From NCBI RefSeq assembly GCF_003334255.1, contig NZ_QOWU01000048.1: a stretch of 43,440 nucleotides of DNA; one strand, 5' to 3'. This document shows, piece after piece, positions 1-8,162 of the stretch. Source of the DNA: Escherichia coli. GTDB lineage: Bacteria; Pseudomonadota; Gammaproteobacteria; Enterobacterales; Enterobacteriaceae. The position numbers and the translations under genes are program-made. Within the stretch, counting starts at the first letter, position 1, and every line of letters starts with the position of its first letter. Below the pieces are notes generated by a model that was not told the DNA's origin, ran no database searches, and saw only the letters and a list, made by a program, of their open reading frames with translations.

Positions 1-50
1 AGCTGATAGAAACAGAAGCCACTGGAGCACCTCAAAAACACCATCATACA

Positions 51-1361
51 CTAAATCAGTAAGTTGGCAGCATCACCTCCCTGTTTAAAATCATAATTTG
101 GTTGTTCTGTTCTTGAGTTATTAAGTAGAGTTCTTATCAGTGTTTGCCAAGCATGATTGATAAATTTATTTTCTGATTCTTTAAAATATCGTCTGATTAA
201 AGCACATAAATCTTCGACACTTTTCTGACGAGCGCTAGCTGCCCAACGGCCCCCTTCGGTTTGCACCATTGAACGTTGTACACTGTCTCCTAACTGAGCG
301 ATAAATTTCTGTTCATCGTCAAGTTGCATGTTTTCATTTATGATTAATTCATACAAAGCAAGAAAAACAGCTTGATAGTAACGAGGACATTCTTGAGATG
401 AAGATGCATTGCCCAGAATGTGTGATCTAAAGTTCAAATTATTTGCATCAAATAATTTTTGAATCATCTCATAAACGAAGAGGTAATTATTGACAATTTT
501 ATCTGCACCATTTGTCTGAATGTAATTCTCTAATTGAGTTCGTGTATGGATTGCATGACTCGTCGAACCTTCACCGTAAAATGTATCGAGCGATGTTGAT
601 CCTGATGTTGGCTTATCATCTAAAAATATATAGCCCAAGATATTTGCAACTAACTCTTCATCGTCAGAGTCTCTAATGCTAGGCCTACTAATGATATGAT
701 TTCTAATATAGAAATGATTGTCTATATTTATTCCATAATCGAGTCCATCATTGCAAATTGATATGTTATGTATTTTATTCAGTCCCATTATATCGCTATG
801 TGTAGTATCTCCTCTTATAATTGTCGATATTTTCCTTACTAACTCTGAAAAATTACTAACGCACCCCGCACTTCGTAGTTCTTGTTTTGATAAAATTTTA
901 CCATTGGAATTTATGCGTCGAAACACTTCGTCAATGTGGTCCTCTGTTGAAGAGTATTCAGATATAGCAAATCTATAGCGAGCAATTAATGTAGAACTTT
1001 CGCGGGATAGCACTGGCTCTTTTTGTTGAAGTTTACCACTGTCTTTTAGTTGTTTTGTTAATGCAATGGCATCTAAATTAAAGTATTTACCATTTAATGA
1101 AAATCGCTGCTCAATAAAACTCATTAAAGCTTCTAGTCTTTGCATTCCATCAAGGATTTCTCTTTTGTTGTCAATGGAAACAAACAATAGCAAAGGGATA
1201 GGGTATTGCTGAGTCATTGATGAAATCAGTGCTGTTTTCTCTTCGAGGGACCATACTAATTTTCTTTGGTATCTTCGATTTATAATTAATTTATCATCCA
1301 GATACCACTCGTATAATTCTTCTGCTGTCTTGGAGTCAATATCTAAGTTTTCATTAGCCAT
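51..1361 (-). CDS. DUF262 (ParB/Srx-like NTPase fold, GmrSD N-terminal-type) domain protein, 436 aa
   Basis: N-terminal 'RRYQRKLVW' and 'DGMQRLEAL' match the DUF262 signature (DGQQR-type motif). ATG start at 1361. Sits in an AT-rich block (1-1645) that contrasts with the GC-rich pem/rep backbone. No recognisable C-terminal HNH/DUF1524 motif seen. Confidence 0.6.
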   Translation of the reverse strand: MANENLDIDSKTAEELYEWYLDDKLIINRRYQRKLVWSLEEKTALISSMTQQYPIPLLLFVSIDNKREILDGMQRLEALMSFIEQRFSLNGKYFNLDAIALTKQLKDSGKLQQKEPVLSRESSTLIARYRFAISEYSSTEDHIDEVFRRINSNGKILSKQELRSAGCVSNFSELVRKISTIIRGDTTHSDIMGLNKIHNISICNDGLDYGINIDNHFYIRNHIISRPSIRDSDDEELVANILGYIFLDDKPTSGSTSLDTFYGEGSTSHAIHTRTQLENYIQTNGADKIVNNYLFVYEMIQKLFDANNLNFRSHILGNASSSQECPRYYQAVFLALYELIINENMQLDDEQKFIAQLGDSVQRSMVQTEGGRWAASARQKSVEDLCALIRRYFKESENKFINHAWQTLIRTLLNNSRTEQPNYDFKQGGDAANLLI

Positions 1362-1645
1362 TAGATGTATCTCGAGTATTTAGTTAAGAAACTGATAGGT
1401 CAGTATTTGCATCAATGTTCATTGAATTTGTATCCGAAGTCAATCTGATGTAGGAACTTCAAAACTGCGCAAAACACGCAAATACGCACAAGAAAGTAGG
1501 GCTGCGCTTGGAATTCGGAAAATAAACCACATCAAAACTACTTTTTAGCCAAATAACGTTTGGGAATCACCAGAATGGTGGGACAACAGCGGTTTTAGTG
1601 CCCTAAATCGTACGTTTTCATCCAGTTGCCCCTCAAACCCCATGT

Positions 1646-1978
1646 TCAAGTCAGAATAGTGGACAGGCGGCCAAGAACTTCGTTCATGATAGTCTCCGGA
1701 ACCCGTTCGAGTCGTTTTCCGCCCCGTGCTTTCATATCAATTGTCCGGGGTTGATCGCAACGTACAACACCTGTGGTACGTATGCCAACACCATCCAACG
1801 ACACCGCAAAGCCGGCAGTGCGGGCAAAATTGCCTCCGCTGGTTACGGGCACAACAACAGGCAGGCGGGTCACGCGATTAAAGGCCGCCGGTGTGACAAT
1901 CAGCACCGGCCGCGTTCCCTGCTGCTCATGACCTGCGGTAGGATCAAGCGAGACAAGCCAGATTTCCCCTCTTTCCAT
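1646..1978 (-). CDS. pemK: PemK/Kid toxin (endoribonuclease), 110 aa
   Basis: Translation from the internal ATG (MERGEIWLVSLDPTAGHEQQGTRPVLIVTPAAFN...) is essentially identical to R100/R1 PemK/Kid as I remember it. The ORF-track start at 2110 is a TTG over-extension. Confidence 0.9.
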   Translation of the reverse strand: MERGEIWLVSLDPTAGHEQQGTRPVLIVTPAAFNRVTRLPVVVPVTSGGNFARTAGFAVSLDGVGIRTTGVVRCDQPRTIDMKARGGKRLERVPETIMNEVLGRLSTILT

Positions 1979-1979
1979 G

Positions 1980-2237
1980 TCAGATTTCCTCCTGACCAGT
2001 CGCCGGTGCATCCAGCCATTCTCGTTCTTCAGCTGATATTTCAGCATTCGGATCACACTGTGCCAGTAGCTCAGCCAGTGAATATTGCGGGCGTCTGTAC
2101 GGCTCAACAATCAGCCGGCCATTATCAATGACCATGCCAACTTCATTATCTGTGCCCAGAGACAGCGCATTCAGCAGTGCCGGTGGGACGGTCAGCATAA
2201 CTGAGCCGCCAACCCTCTTCAGTCGGGTGGTATGCAT
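1980..2237 (-). CDS. pemI: PemI/Kis antitoxin, 85 aa
   Basis: MHTTRLKRVGGSVMLTVPPALLNAL... matches PemI/Kis. Lies immediately upstream of pemK with the typical 1-2 nt stop/start junction. Confidence 0.9.
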   Translation of the reverse strand: MHTTRLKRVGGSVMLTVPPALLNALSLGTDNEVGMVIDNGRLIVEPYRRPQYSLAELLAQCDPNAEISAEEREWLDAPATGQEEI

Positions 2238-2329
2238 TCTTCACCTCCATAAAAGTTATATTTAAATATAACATCCACTAAAAAAACACACCAGGCTTTA
2301 ACGCACAATGTTTAATAAAAATATAACTT

Positions 2330-2983
2330 TCAACCAAACAGTAAACCCAGCGTGGTTGCTTCCATATGCAGCAATACCGGCAGCAGCAGGCCACCACTTC
2401 TGATCCTGGCCACTGATGTAATCAACCCCACCAGGAACAGTTCTGCCAGTGTCAGCAGGTTCTGATACTGGCTGTGCGCGGCGACGAACAACAACGACGT
2501 TATCAGCGCCCCCAGCCACATCGTCCAGCAGTACCGTGAACGGAAGACGTTCAGCATAATCCCCCGGAACAGCGTTTCCTCATTCAACGGGGCAAGGATA
2601 AAGATGGTCAGCAACGTCAGGATCACGTCAGGTATGGACTTATCGGCAAAAAGTTTCGTCATAAATGGCTCAGCAGGCAGAGCCAGCGCCTTACCGAGCA
2701 GAAATACACCGACATACACCACGGCCATCGCACCGACCAGCCACGGTACGCCAACGTTGCGCAGCTGACCAACGACCGGTAGCGGAGCTATCCAACGGCG
2801 GTATACCAGGAAAACACACAGCAGGTACATCAGAACAGTACCATGACTGAAGAACAAATAGTTTTTTCCTGATCCATAAAGCAGAACGGCCTGCTCCATG
2901 ACAAATCTGGCTCCCCAACTAATGCCCCATGCAGCCAGCATAACCAGCATAAACTGCAGATATTGATTACGTGTTTGAATCAT
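2330..2983 (-). CDS. CPBP-family intramembrane metalloprotease (CAAX protease/Abi-like), 217 aa
   Basis: Multi-pass hydrophobic protein with the CPBP motifs 'EETLFRG' (EExxxR) and 'FVAAHS' (FxxxH). ATG at 2983. Confidence 0.65.
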   Translation of the reverse strand: MIQTRNQYLQFMLVMLAAWGISWGARFVMEQAVLLYGSGKNYLFFSHGTVLMYLLCVFLVYRRWIAPLPVVGQLRNVGVPWLVGAMAVVYVGVFLLGKALALPAEPFMTKLFADKSIPDVILTLLTIFILAPLNEETLFRGIMLNVFRSRYCWTMWLGALITSLLFVAAHSQYQNLLTLAELFLVGLITSVARIRSGGLLLPVLLHMEATTLGLLFG

Positions 2984-3599
2984 TGCATCGCCTGTAAATT
3001 TTTAACTTGTCCTATTTTTGTCATTACCACGTATATACACATGTATAACAATTCAGATATCGTTACCAGGATATGCCGCATCAGCGGCATGGAAGGCGGC
3101 ACTCTGTTGTTTCATATGATACAGGAGTAAAACCGCCGAAGCCCGGCGTAAGCCGGTACTGATTGATAGATTTCACCTTACCCATCCCCAGCCCTGCCAG
3201 ACCATACCCGCTTTCAGCCATGAGAGAGCTTCTGTGCGCGGTCGGAGTGGTCCCGACGAGGGTTTACCCGAAGTCGGGGCGTATCTCCGCGTTAGCGGGC
3301 CGTGAGGGCCGCTTACGAGCGTGTACTGAGAACTTCCAGCGAGAAGACTGACAGCGATGAAGATGTAGTTACAACATTCATAATTAAAAGCGACTCTGTT
3401 CCGGCCCTTTGGGCCGGGGCGGGGCCGCTTTTCAGTTATGAGGGAGGGGCTTTGTGGTTTCGGTTCTGCGCTGGACCGGGGTTTTTCTGGAGGTTGTTTT
3501 TGTGTGTTGTAACTAAAGTGGCTCCGGTCGGGGCCCGCCGCTTGCGGTGGGAGGTGCATATCTGTCTGTCCACAGGACAGGCAGTGAATAGGTTTTCTT

Positions 3600-3920
3600 T
3601 TTAAATGAATGTAATTAAGTAGTTTAAAGGAGATATAAACAGGTGTTTAAAAGATACATTGCACCCTGTAAGACTGGCGGCTGGCGCTTTATGACATGAA
3701 CGGTTGTAACCTTATGGGGAAGTCCCTTGCAGTTAAATGTGGATAAGCAAAATTCCCCGTCGCTGAGGCGTATTTTGTATTAAAAACAGGGGGAATCGGA
3801 TGCTCCAGAAGGTGGATGATGAGATTGTTTTTTGCATGCGACGCTGTTTTTTTGTGCACCGGCGGGCTTCAGGCGTGCGGATGCCTCCGGCGCAGGCCGG
3901 ATTATTCTGAGGAGATCACT
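3600..3920. other. RepFIIA vegetative origin region (oriR) downstream of repA1
   Basis: AT-rich block directly 3' of repA1 containing a DnaA box (TGTGGATAA, complement of TTATCCACA) at about 3749-3757. Position matches the known IncFII replicon layout. Confidence 0.5.
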
Positions 3921-3921
3921 T

Positions 3922-4779
3922 TCAGGGAGAAGCTGTGGCCAGCCGGCTGTAATTGCGGTTACGTGACAGAATCATGCGCTCCTTCACACGACGCTCCACT
4001 TCGCGTTTTACCGCCTCACCATTAGCAGTGAAGCGTCCTTCCGAGATTTCACGCGTCAGCTGCCGTTTCACCAGGGTGACGATATCCTGACGTTCTCTGT
4101 TCGCATCACGACGCGCACGGGCACGTTTTATTCCACGGGACTTAAGCTCTGTCTGGTAACTGCGGAAACGCTCACGCACAAAACGCCAGGCTTTCGCTAT
4201 CAGCTCATCCATACCCAGGGTATCCAGCCCCTGCTTTTTGCGCTGTTTGTTTTCCCATTCAACACGACTGCGGCGCGCAGCTGCCACTGCATCCTCAGAC
4301 ACATCAAGGGCAGCAAACAGAGCCAGTGTGAACGTGATGTCGGTCGGAATGTAGCACCCGATAAGCGGGTCATATTCCGTCTGGTAGGTAATCAGTCCCA
4401 GCTCTGACAGGAACGTCAGGGCCCGGGTGGCACGGGTGATGGAGAGTTTTCCTGCACCGGACTCTGTCGCCAGTCCGCACTCAATGGCCAGTGTGGTGAT
4501 GGAACACTGGACGCGGTTGGCCAGCGGGTCATAGTGGAAACACAGCCCCTGCAGCAGCGCATCAATAGCCCGTCGACGCAGCACCGGTGGCATGCGCCGA
4601 CGCAGACCACGGGAACGGGCATGCGCCACATGAATGGCGAAATCAAAACGGGAGGTGAAGCCCACCGCCTTTTCCATCAGTTTTTCGCAGAACTTCAGCG
4701 TTCCGGCACCTTCACGGGGAGTGAACACCGGATTCGGGTTCTTTACCTGGCGGTAATACGTTTGGTGAAGATCAGTCAC
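3922..4779 (-). CDS. repA1: RepA1 replication initiator (IncFII/RepFIIA), 285 aa, GTG start
   Basis: Protein (V/M)[36 protein letters not shown]... matches R100/R1 RepA1 over its full length. GTG start at 4779..4777 is preceded by AGGA and overlapped by the tap stop codon. ORF-track start at 4791 is an over-extension. Confidence 0.9.
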
Positions 4780-4846
4780 ACCATCCTGCACTTACAATGC
4801 GCAGAAGGAGCGAGCACAGAAAGAAGTCTTGAACTTTTCCGGGCAT
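4772..4846 (-). CDS. tap: tap (repA6) leader peptide, 24 aa, translationally coupled to repA1
   Basis: Minus-strand translation from the ATG at 4846: [24 protein letters not shown], which matches the R1/R100 Tap peptide as I recall it. Its TGA lies just 3' of the repA1 GTG. Confidence 0.75.
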
Positions 4847-4869
4847 ATAACTATACTCCCCGCATAGCT

Positions 4870-4956
4870 GAATTGTTGGCTATACGGTTTAAGTGGGCCC
4901 CGGTAATCTTTTCGTACTCGCCAAAGTTGAAGAAGATTATCGGGGTTTTTGCTTTT
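4870..4956 (+). ncRNA. copA: CopA antisense RNA (copy-number control), approximate bounds
   Basis: Lies on the strand opposite the repA leader, between copB and tap. Imperfect long hairpin (CCCCGGTAATCTT...AAGATTATCGGGG) followed by TTTTTGCTTTT at about 4898-4956, as expected for the CopA terminator stem-loop. 5' end not determined. Confidence 0.5.
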
Positions 4957-5070
4957 CTGGCTCCTGTAAATCCACATCAGAACCAGTTCCTTGCCACCTT
5001 ACGGCGTGGCCAGCCACAAAATTCCTTAAACGATCAGTAATCTAGCATGCTACGCCACAAAGTAAAGTCT

Positions 5071-5331
5071 TTACTTTAGTATATCCAGTCTCTGCAGTTC
5101 ATCTTTGATGATTTTCTCAACGAACTGAGCCTGTGTTATCCCCTCTCTCTCGCAGTACTCAACCATGAGATCTTTCAGAGGATTTTTGACAAAAACTTTT
5201 ATCTCTTTGTGTGTAAGACGTTTTCTTGCAACAGCGGCCATTTGTTTCTCAGAGTCAGTCATAGGCTTACCTCTGCGCACAAACCGCTTTTGACTCAATG
5301 AGGAAGTCACTGCATTTTCTGTCTGCGACAT
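5071..5331 (-). CDS. repA2: RepA2/CopB transcriptional repressor of repA, 86 aa
   Basis: [39 protein letters not shown]... matches CopB. ATG at 5331 with a GAGGAGG RBS upstream. Confidence 0.9.
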
Positions 5332-5494
5332 CTCGCCTCCTCAATACTCAAACAGGGATCGTTTCGCAGAGGATACTACAGTTTTTTGAAATCAGCGACT
5401 TGAGAATTGTGACGAAGATCTGTGTTGGCGCACAAATCAACGGGGATTACTGTCGTTTAATGTGATTTAAACTGTGAAATAGTATGGTTTTCAG

Positions 5495-5577
5495 TTATGG
5501 AAACGCCGGGAGCGGGGAAAACTTGCTTTTTCCCGTTTCCGGGGTTGGACAACTGAGCAACGCGAAGGCGTCAGCTA
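5495..5577. repeat. Copy 1 of an ~80 bp hairpin-containing repeat (second copy at about 17475-17552)
   Basis: Shared blocks 'GGAAACGCCGGG' and 'CCGGGGTTGGACAAC.GAGCAA.GCGA.GGCGTCAG' flank a copy-specific hairpin. Lies between the DUF2726-like gene and repA2. Confidence 0.5.
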
Positions 5578-6161
5578 CGATGTTCCGGGGACTGCTGATC
5601 AGCCCCTGTTGTATTCAGCCATTCTCCGGTCATCTGCAGCAGTTTTCTGGCATCGTGGCTTCTGAGCAACGGAATACCAGCCTGCCTCAGAACCTCTTCC
5701 AGAAAAATATCCCGGCGTCTGCGTTCCGGTCGTAAATGTCTGGCATCATCCAGCTCTACTGCTGCAACAATACTGAACGAAAGCCGCTCAACGATAACCA
5801 CATCAACATGCCACTGAGACACCATCCTGAATAACTGCCACCACTGGCGTGATCGTGGCCGGATATTCCCGTTCAGCTGGACGATATCCGCGACCCGTAC
5901 CTGCGGACACAGATACCACCGCTTCATATCCACAATTCTGAACAGTCCTTTCATAAAACTGACTTCCCTTTCTGTCAGCAGCGTCTTCTGACGTTGCCAG
6001 TATTCACCGCCGGACAGTATTCGCTCTGCATCACCGGTCCGTATACCTGCCGCATGCAACTGCATCAGCAAAGGAGAATGCTGATTTACACTTCTGAGGA
6101 TAATCCGGATAAGTAACGCTGCAATAATCAGAACAATGAGAATAAAAATAATCAGCTTCAT
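5571..6161 (-). CDS. N-terminally membrane-anchored protein, probably DUF2726-type, 196 aa
   Basis: Hydrophobic N-terminus (MKLIIFILIVLIIAALLIRIIL) followed by a soluble domain. Occupies the position and has the size of the conserved IncF backbone gene next to the hha-like gene. Domain assignment is from memory, not motif-proven. Confidence 0.5.
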   Translation of the reverse strand: MKLIIFILIVLIIAALLIRIILRSVNQHSPLLMQLHAAGIRTGDAERILSGGEYWQRQKTLLTEREVSFMKGLFRIVDMKRWYLCPQVRVADIVQLNGNIRPRSRQWWQLFRMVSQWHVDVVIVERLSFSIVAAVELDDARHLRPERRRRDIFLEEVLRQAGIPLLRSHDARKLLQMTGEWLNTTGADQQSPEHRS

Positions 6162-6198
6162 TGTTTATCTGCTCCTGGTAATTAATTATGCTGAATTA

Positions 6199-6408
6199 TT
6201 ACCTTACATATTTCCATATCTCTTTTGGTATCCTGTCATATAACTTTCCGGTGATTAATTCCGCTAACCGGTGGTCTGCTGCTGAATTAAATGATTCACG
6301 TTCACTGGTTGATAAACTGTCTCTGTTTTTATGAATAATTTTTTCCAGCGTATTGACTGATGAACATCGCCGTAACTGATACAGCCATTCCTGTTTTGTT
6401 TTTGCCAT
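6199..6408 (-). CDS. Hha/YmoA-family expression modulator (RmoA-like), 69 aa
   Basis: ...[22 protein letters not shown]...[30 protein letters not shown] closely parallels Hha ([23 protein letters not shown]...[22 protein letters not shown]). Confidence 0.85.
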   Translation of the reverse strand: [69 protein letters not shown]

Positions 6409-6453
6409 TTTTATTCCCGCTGAGAACAGATGAATGATAAGATTGCCAGCGCT

Positions 6454-6915
6454 TTATTTACGGTGTCTCCATATCCAGGGGGGAACCGGATCAGCATCTG
6501 ACCAGAGCCCACGTTTTTGTTGTCTGGCTTCGTTCTGAAAGACAGGCAGCGCGGGATCTGTGTTGTACTGCTCATATACCCAGGCAGCCCCGGCCCGGAC
6601 CATAAACTGATTAACATTCATTCCGTCTGGTGCATAAACCTGCCCGAGAATACGACCATAACGATCTCGCTGAAAATATGTGACGGTAACCGTTTTTCCT
6701 GCAACCAGTGATTTCATCATGTCTGTCGACCACCGGCCATAATCCTGTTTCTTTTCCGGTGCATCAATATTTACCAGCCTGATCCGCACCGCCTTCCGTG
6801 AGTCCATGACCTCGATGGTATCACCGTCCAGTACACGAACAACCCGTCCATGAATATCTGCACACAATACCGGCCATGAAAAGATAAATAATACCAGTGG
6901 AATATATTTCCTCAT
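6454..6915 (-). CDS. Secreted thermonuclease (staphylococcal nuclease/SNase-like), about 153 aa
   Basis: Signal-peptide-like N-terminus (MRKYIPLVLFIFSWPVLCA) followed by SNase-like blocks ('DGDT', 'RIRLVNIDAPE', 'YGR', 'GLWSD'). Start trimmed to the ATG at 6915, which has a GGAGA RBS. ORF-track start at 6975 is an over-extension. Confidence 0.8.
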   Translation of the reverse strand: MRKYIPLVLFIFSWPVLCADIHGRVVRVLDGDTIEVMDSRKAVRIRLVNIDAPEKKQDYGRWSTDMMKSLVAGKTVTVTYFQRDRYGRILGQVYAPDGMNVNQFMVRAGAAWVYEQYNTDPALPVFQNEARQQKRGLWSDADPVPPWIWRHRK

Positions 6916-6993
6916 GTTATTCTCCATATCAGATAAATAGCACCTGTATTTCATGCATCCTGAATATTGCAGCACACACTGAATAACACCTTA

Positions 6994-7015
6994 TTTTGTG
7001 AAATTAATCACAAAA
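6994..7015. promoter_or_regulatory. CRP-like palindrome TGTGA-N6-TCACA upstream of the nuclease gene
   Basis: Sequence TTTTGTGAAATTAATCACAAAA has perfect TGTGA/TCACA half-sites with a 6-nt spacer, about 90 bp upstream of the nuclease ATG. Confidence 0.35.
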
Positions 7016-7472
7016 TATAAAATCACGACTTAATACGGAAAAAACTCTGTGCTACTCAGAACTGTCCGGTCATACTTCCCGACCGGATATTAAAAAAAGC
7101 AAATCTCATGCATTATTCAGCCTTCTGAATCCCTGGAGTAATGAAGGCTGCTTTTTCGTTACACCCTTCCCCGGCAGCGCCGGTGGCAGTGTTCAGCCCT
7201 TTTTCGGGCAAACTGCTGCCAGTCTGTCCGGGGAGCAGACTGCGCAGCCCGTAGCCATGCCTCAGCGGCTCCCGGCCAGTCCCCCCTGACTTCCAGCCGG
7301 ACAGCCCGGCGTCCGACCTGCCGGTAGCGCCATACCCCGGAGTTTTGCGAATCACGCCCTGTTCCGTTCATTTTCCTTCCCCCTTTAATCCAGGCCGGTG
7401 AATGTGTTATAAATTTTTATAACCTTCTTCTGCCGGGTATGGAAGAAGGTTTCAGAGAAGCCTTATTTTTCC

Positions 7473-7504
7473 GCCTCCTTTAGTGTGAAGGAGGCTTTTT
7501 TATT
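7473..7504 (+). terminator. Intrinsic-terminator-like hairpin (GCCTCCTT-N8-AGGAGGC followed by TTTTTTATT) at the finO 3' end
   Basis: Perfect 7-8 bp GC-rich stem followed by a T-run on the plus strand. Overlaps the finO stop codon. May terminate plus-strand read-through or act bidirectionally. Confidence 0.4.
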
Positions 7505-8060
7505 GTTCATCAAGCACGGCCTGAAGTTCTGCCTTTATCCGGTTCTGGCGGCGGATTTTATCCAGACGCTCTGCCGCATACACTTCTTCCTCCTGAGAAA
7601 TATGCTCCGTCACATACCCTTCCGTGTCATACCGGCAGGCACCGGCTTTCATGGCACACAGATAGCTTTCTGAACGGGTGATGGCCTTCAGCGCCCTGCG
7701 CAGTTTTTTATGCGAGAGCGGGATATTCCGCTGCGCCACGTCTTCCAGTAACACGTCCCGGATACCGCAGGCCAGAAGTCGGGGTGTGTCACCGTCAAAT
7801 AATCCCGGCCACCAGGGTTTCAGGGTGTTCACGGCCTCATCCAGCGAGGGCAGGTTCAGATAAATGGACAGCGCCTGTCTGGCCTGCGCTTTTTTTGCTG
7901 TCAGCTCTGCTTCCCGGGCAGCCTTCTCCGCCAGTTTCTGCTTTTTCACCTTCCATTTTGGTGGCGTGGTGACATTGATGATGGTTTTCCGGCTCCGGGT
8001 CGGTGTTTCCCCTTCCGTTTTCCGTTTCAGTGTCAGTACCGGTCGTTTCTGCTCTGTCAT
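7500..8060 (-). CDS. finO: FinO fertility-inhibition RNA chaperone, 186 aa (intact)
   Basis: [25 protein letters not shown]... with a Lys/Arg-rich N-terminus matches FinO. Full length, with no IS interruption. Confidence 0.9.
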
Positions 8061-8162
8061 GATTGCCCTGACCTTTGTGAAAATATGTCCTCCAGGTCGT
8101 TGAAACTACTCACTATGATATTAAGCTGACCTCAACGACCTCTGACATATTAATACCGACAA

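Noticed and set aside
1751-2131. 126-aa plus-strand ORF opposite pemK/pemI
   Set aside because: Antisense to the strongly supported pemIK pair; His/Arg-rich low-complexity translation.
4792-4977. 61-aa minus-strand ORF overlapping the repA leader
   Set aside because: It spans the CopA/CopT region and is out of frame with the 24-aa tap peptide, which explains the coding signal here.
7064-7086. Hairpin TCCGGTCATACTTCCCGACCGGA considered as a terminator
   Set aside because: The adjacent A/T runs are on the wrong side of the stem for an intrinsic terminator on the minus strand and are A-rich rather than T-rich on the plus strand. Function is undetermined.
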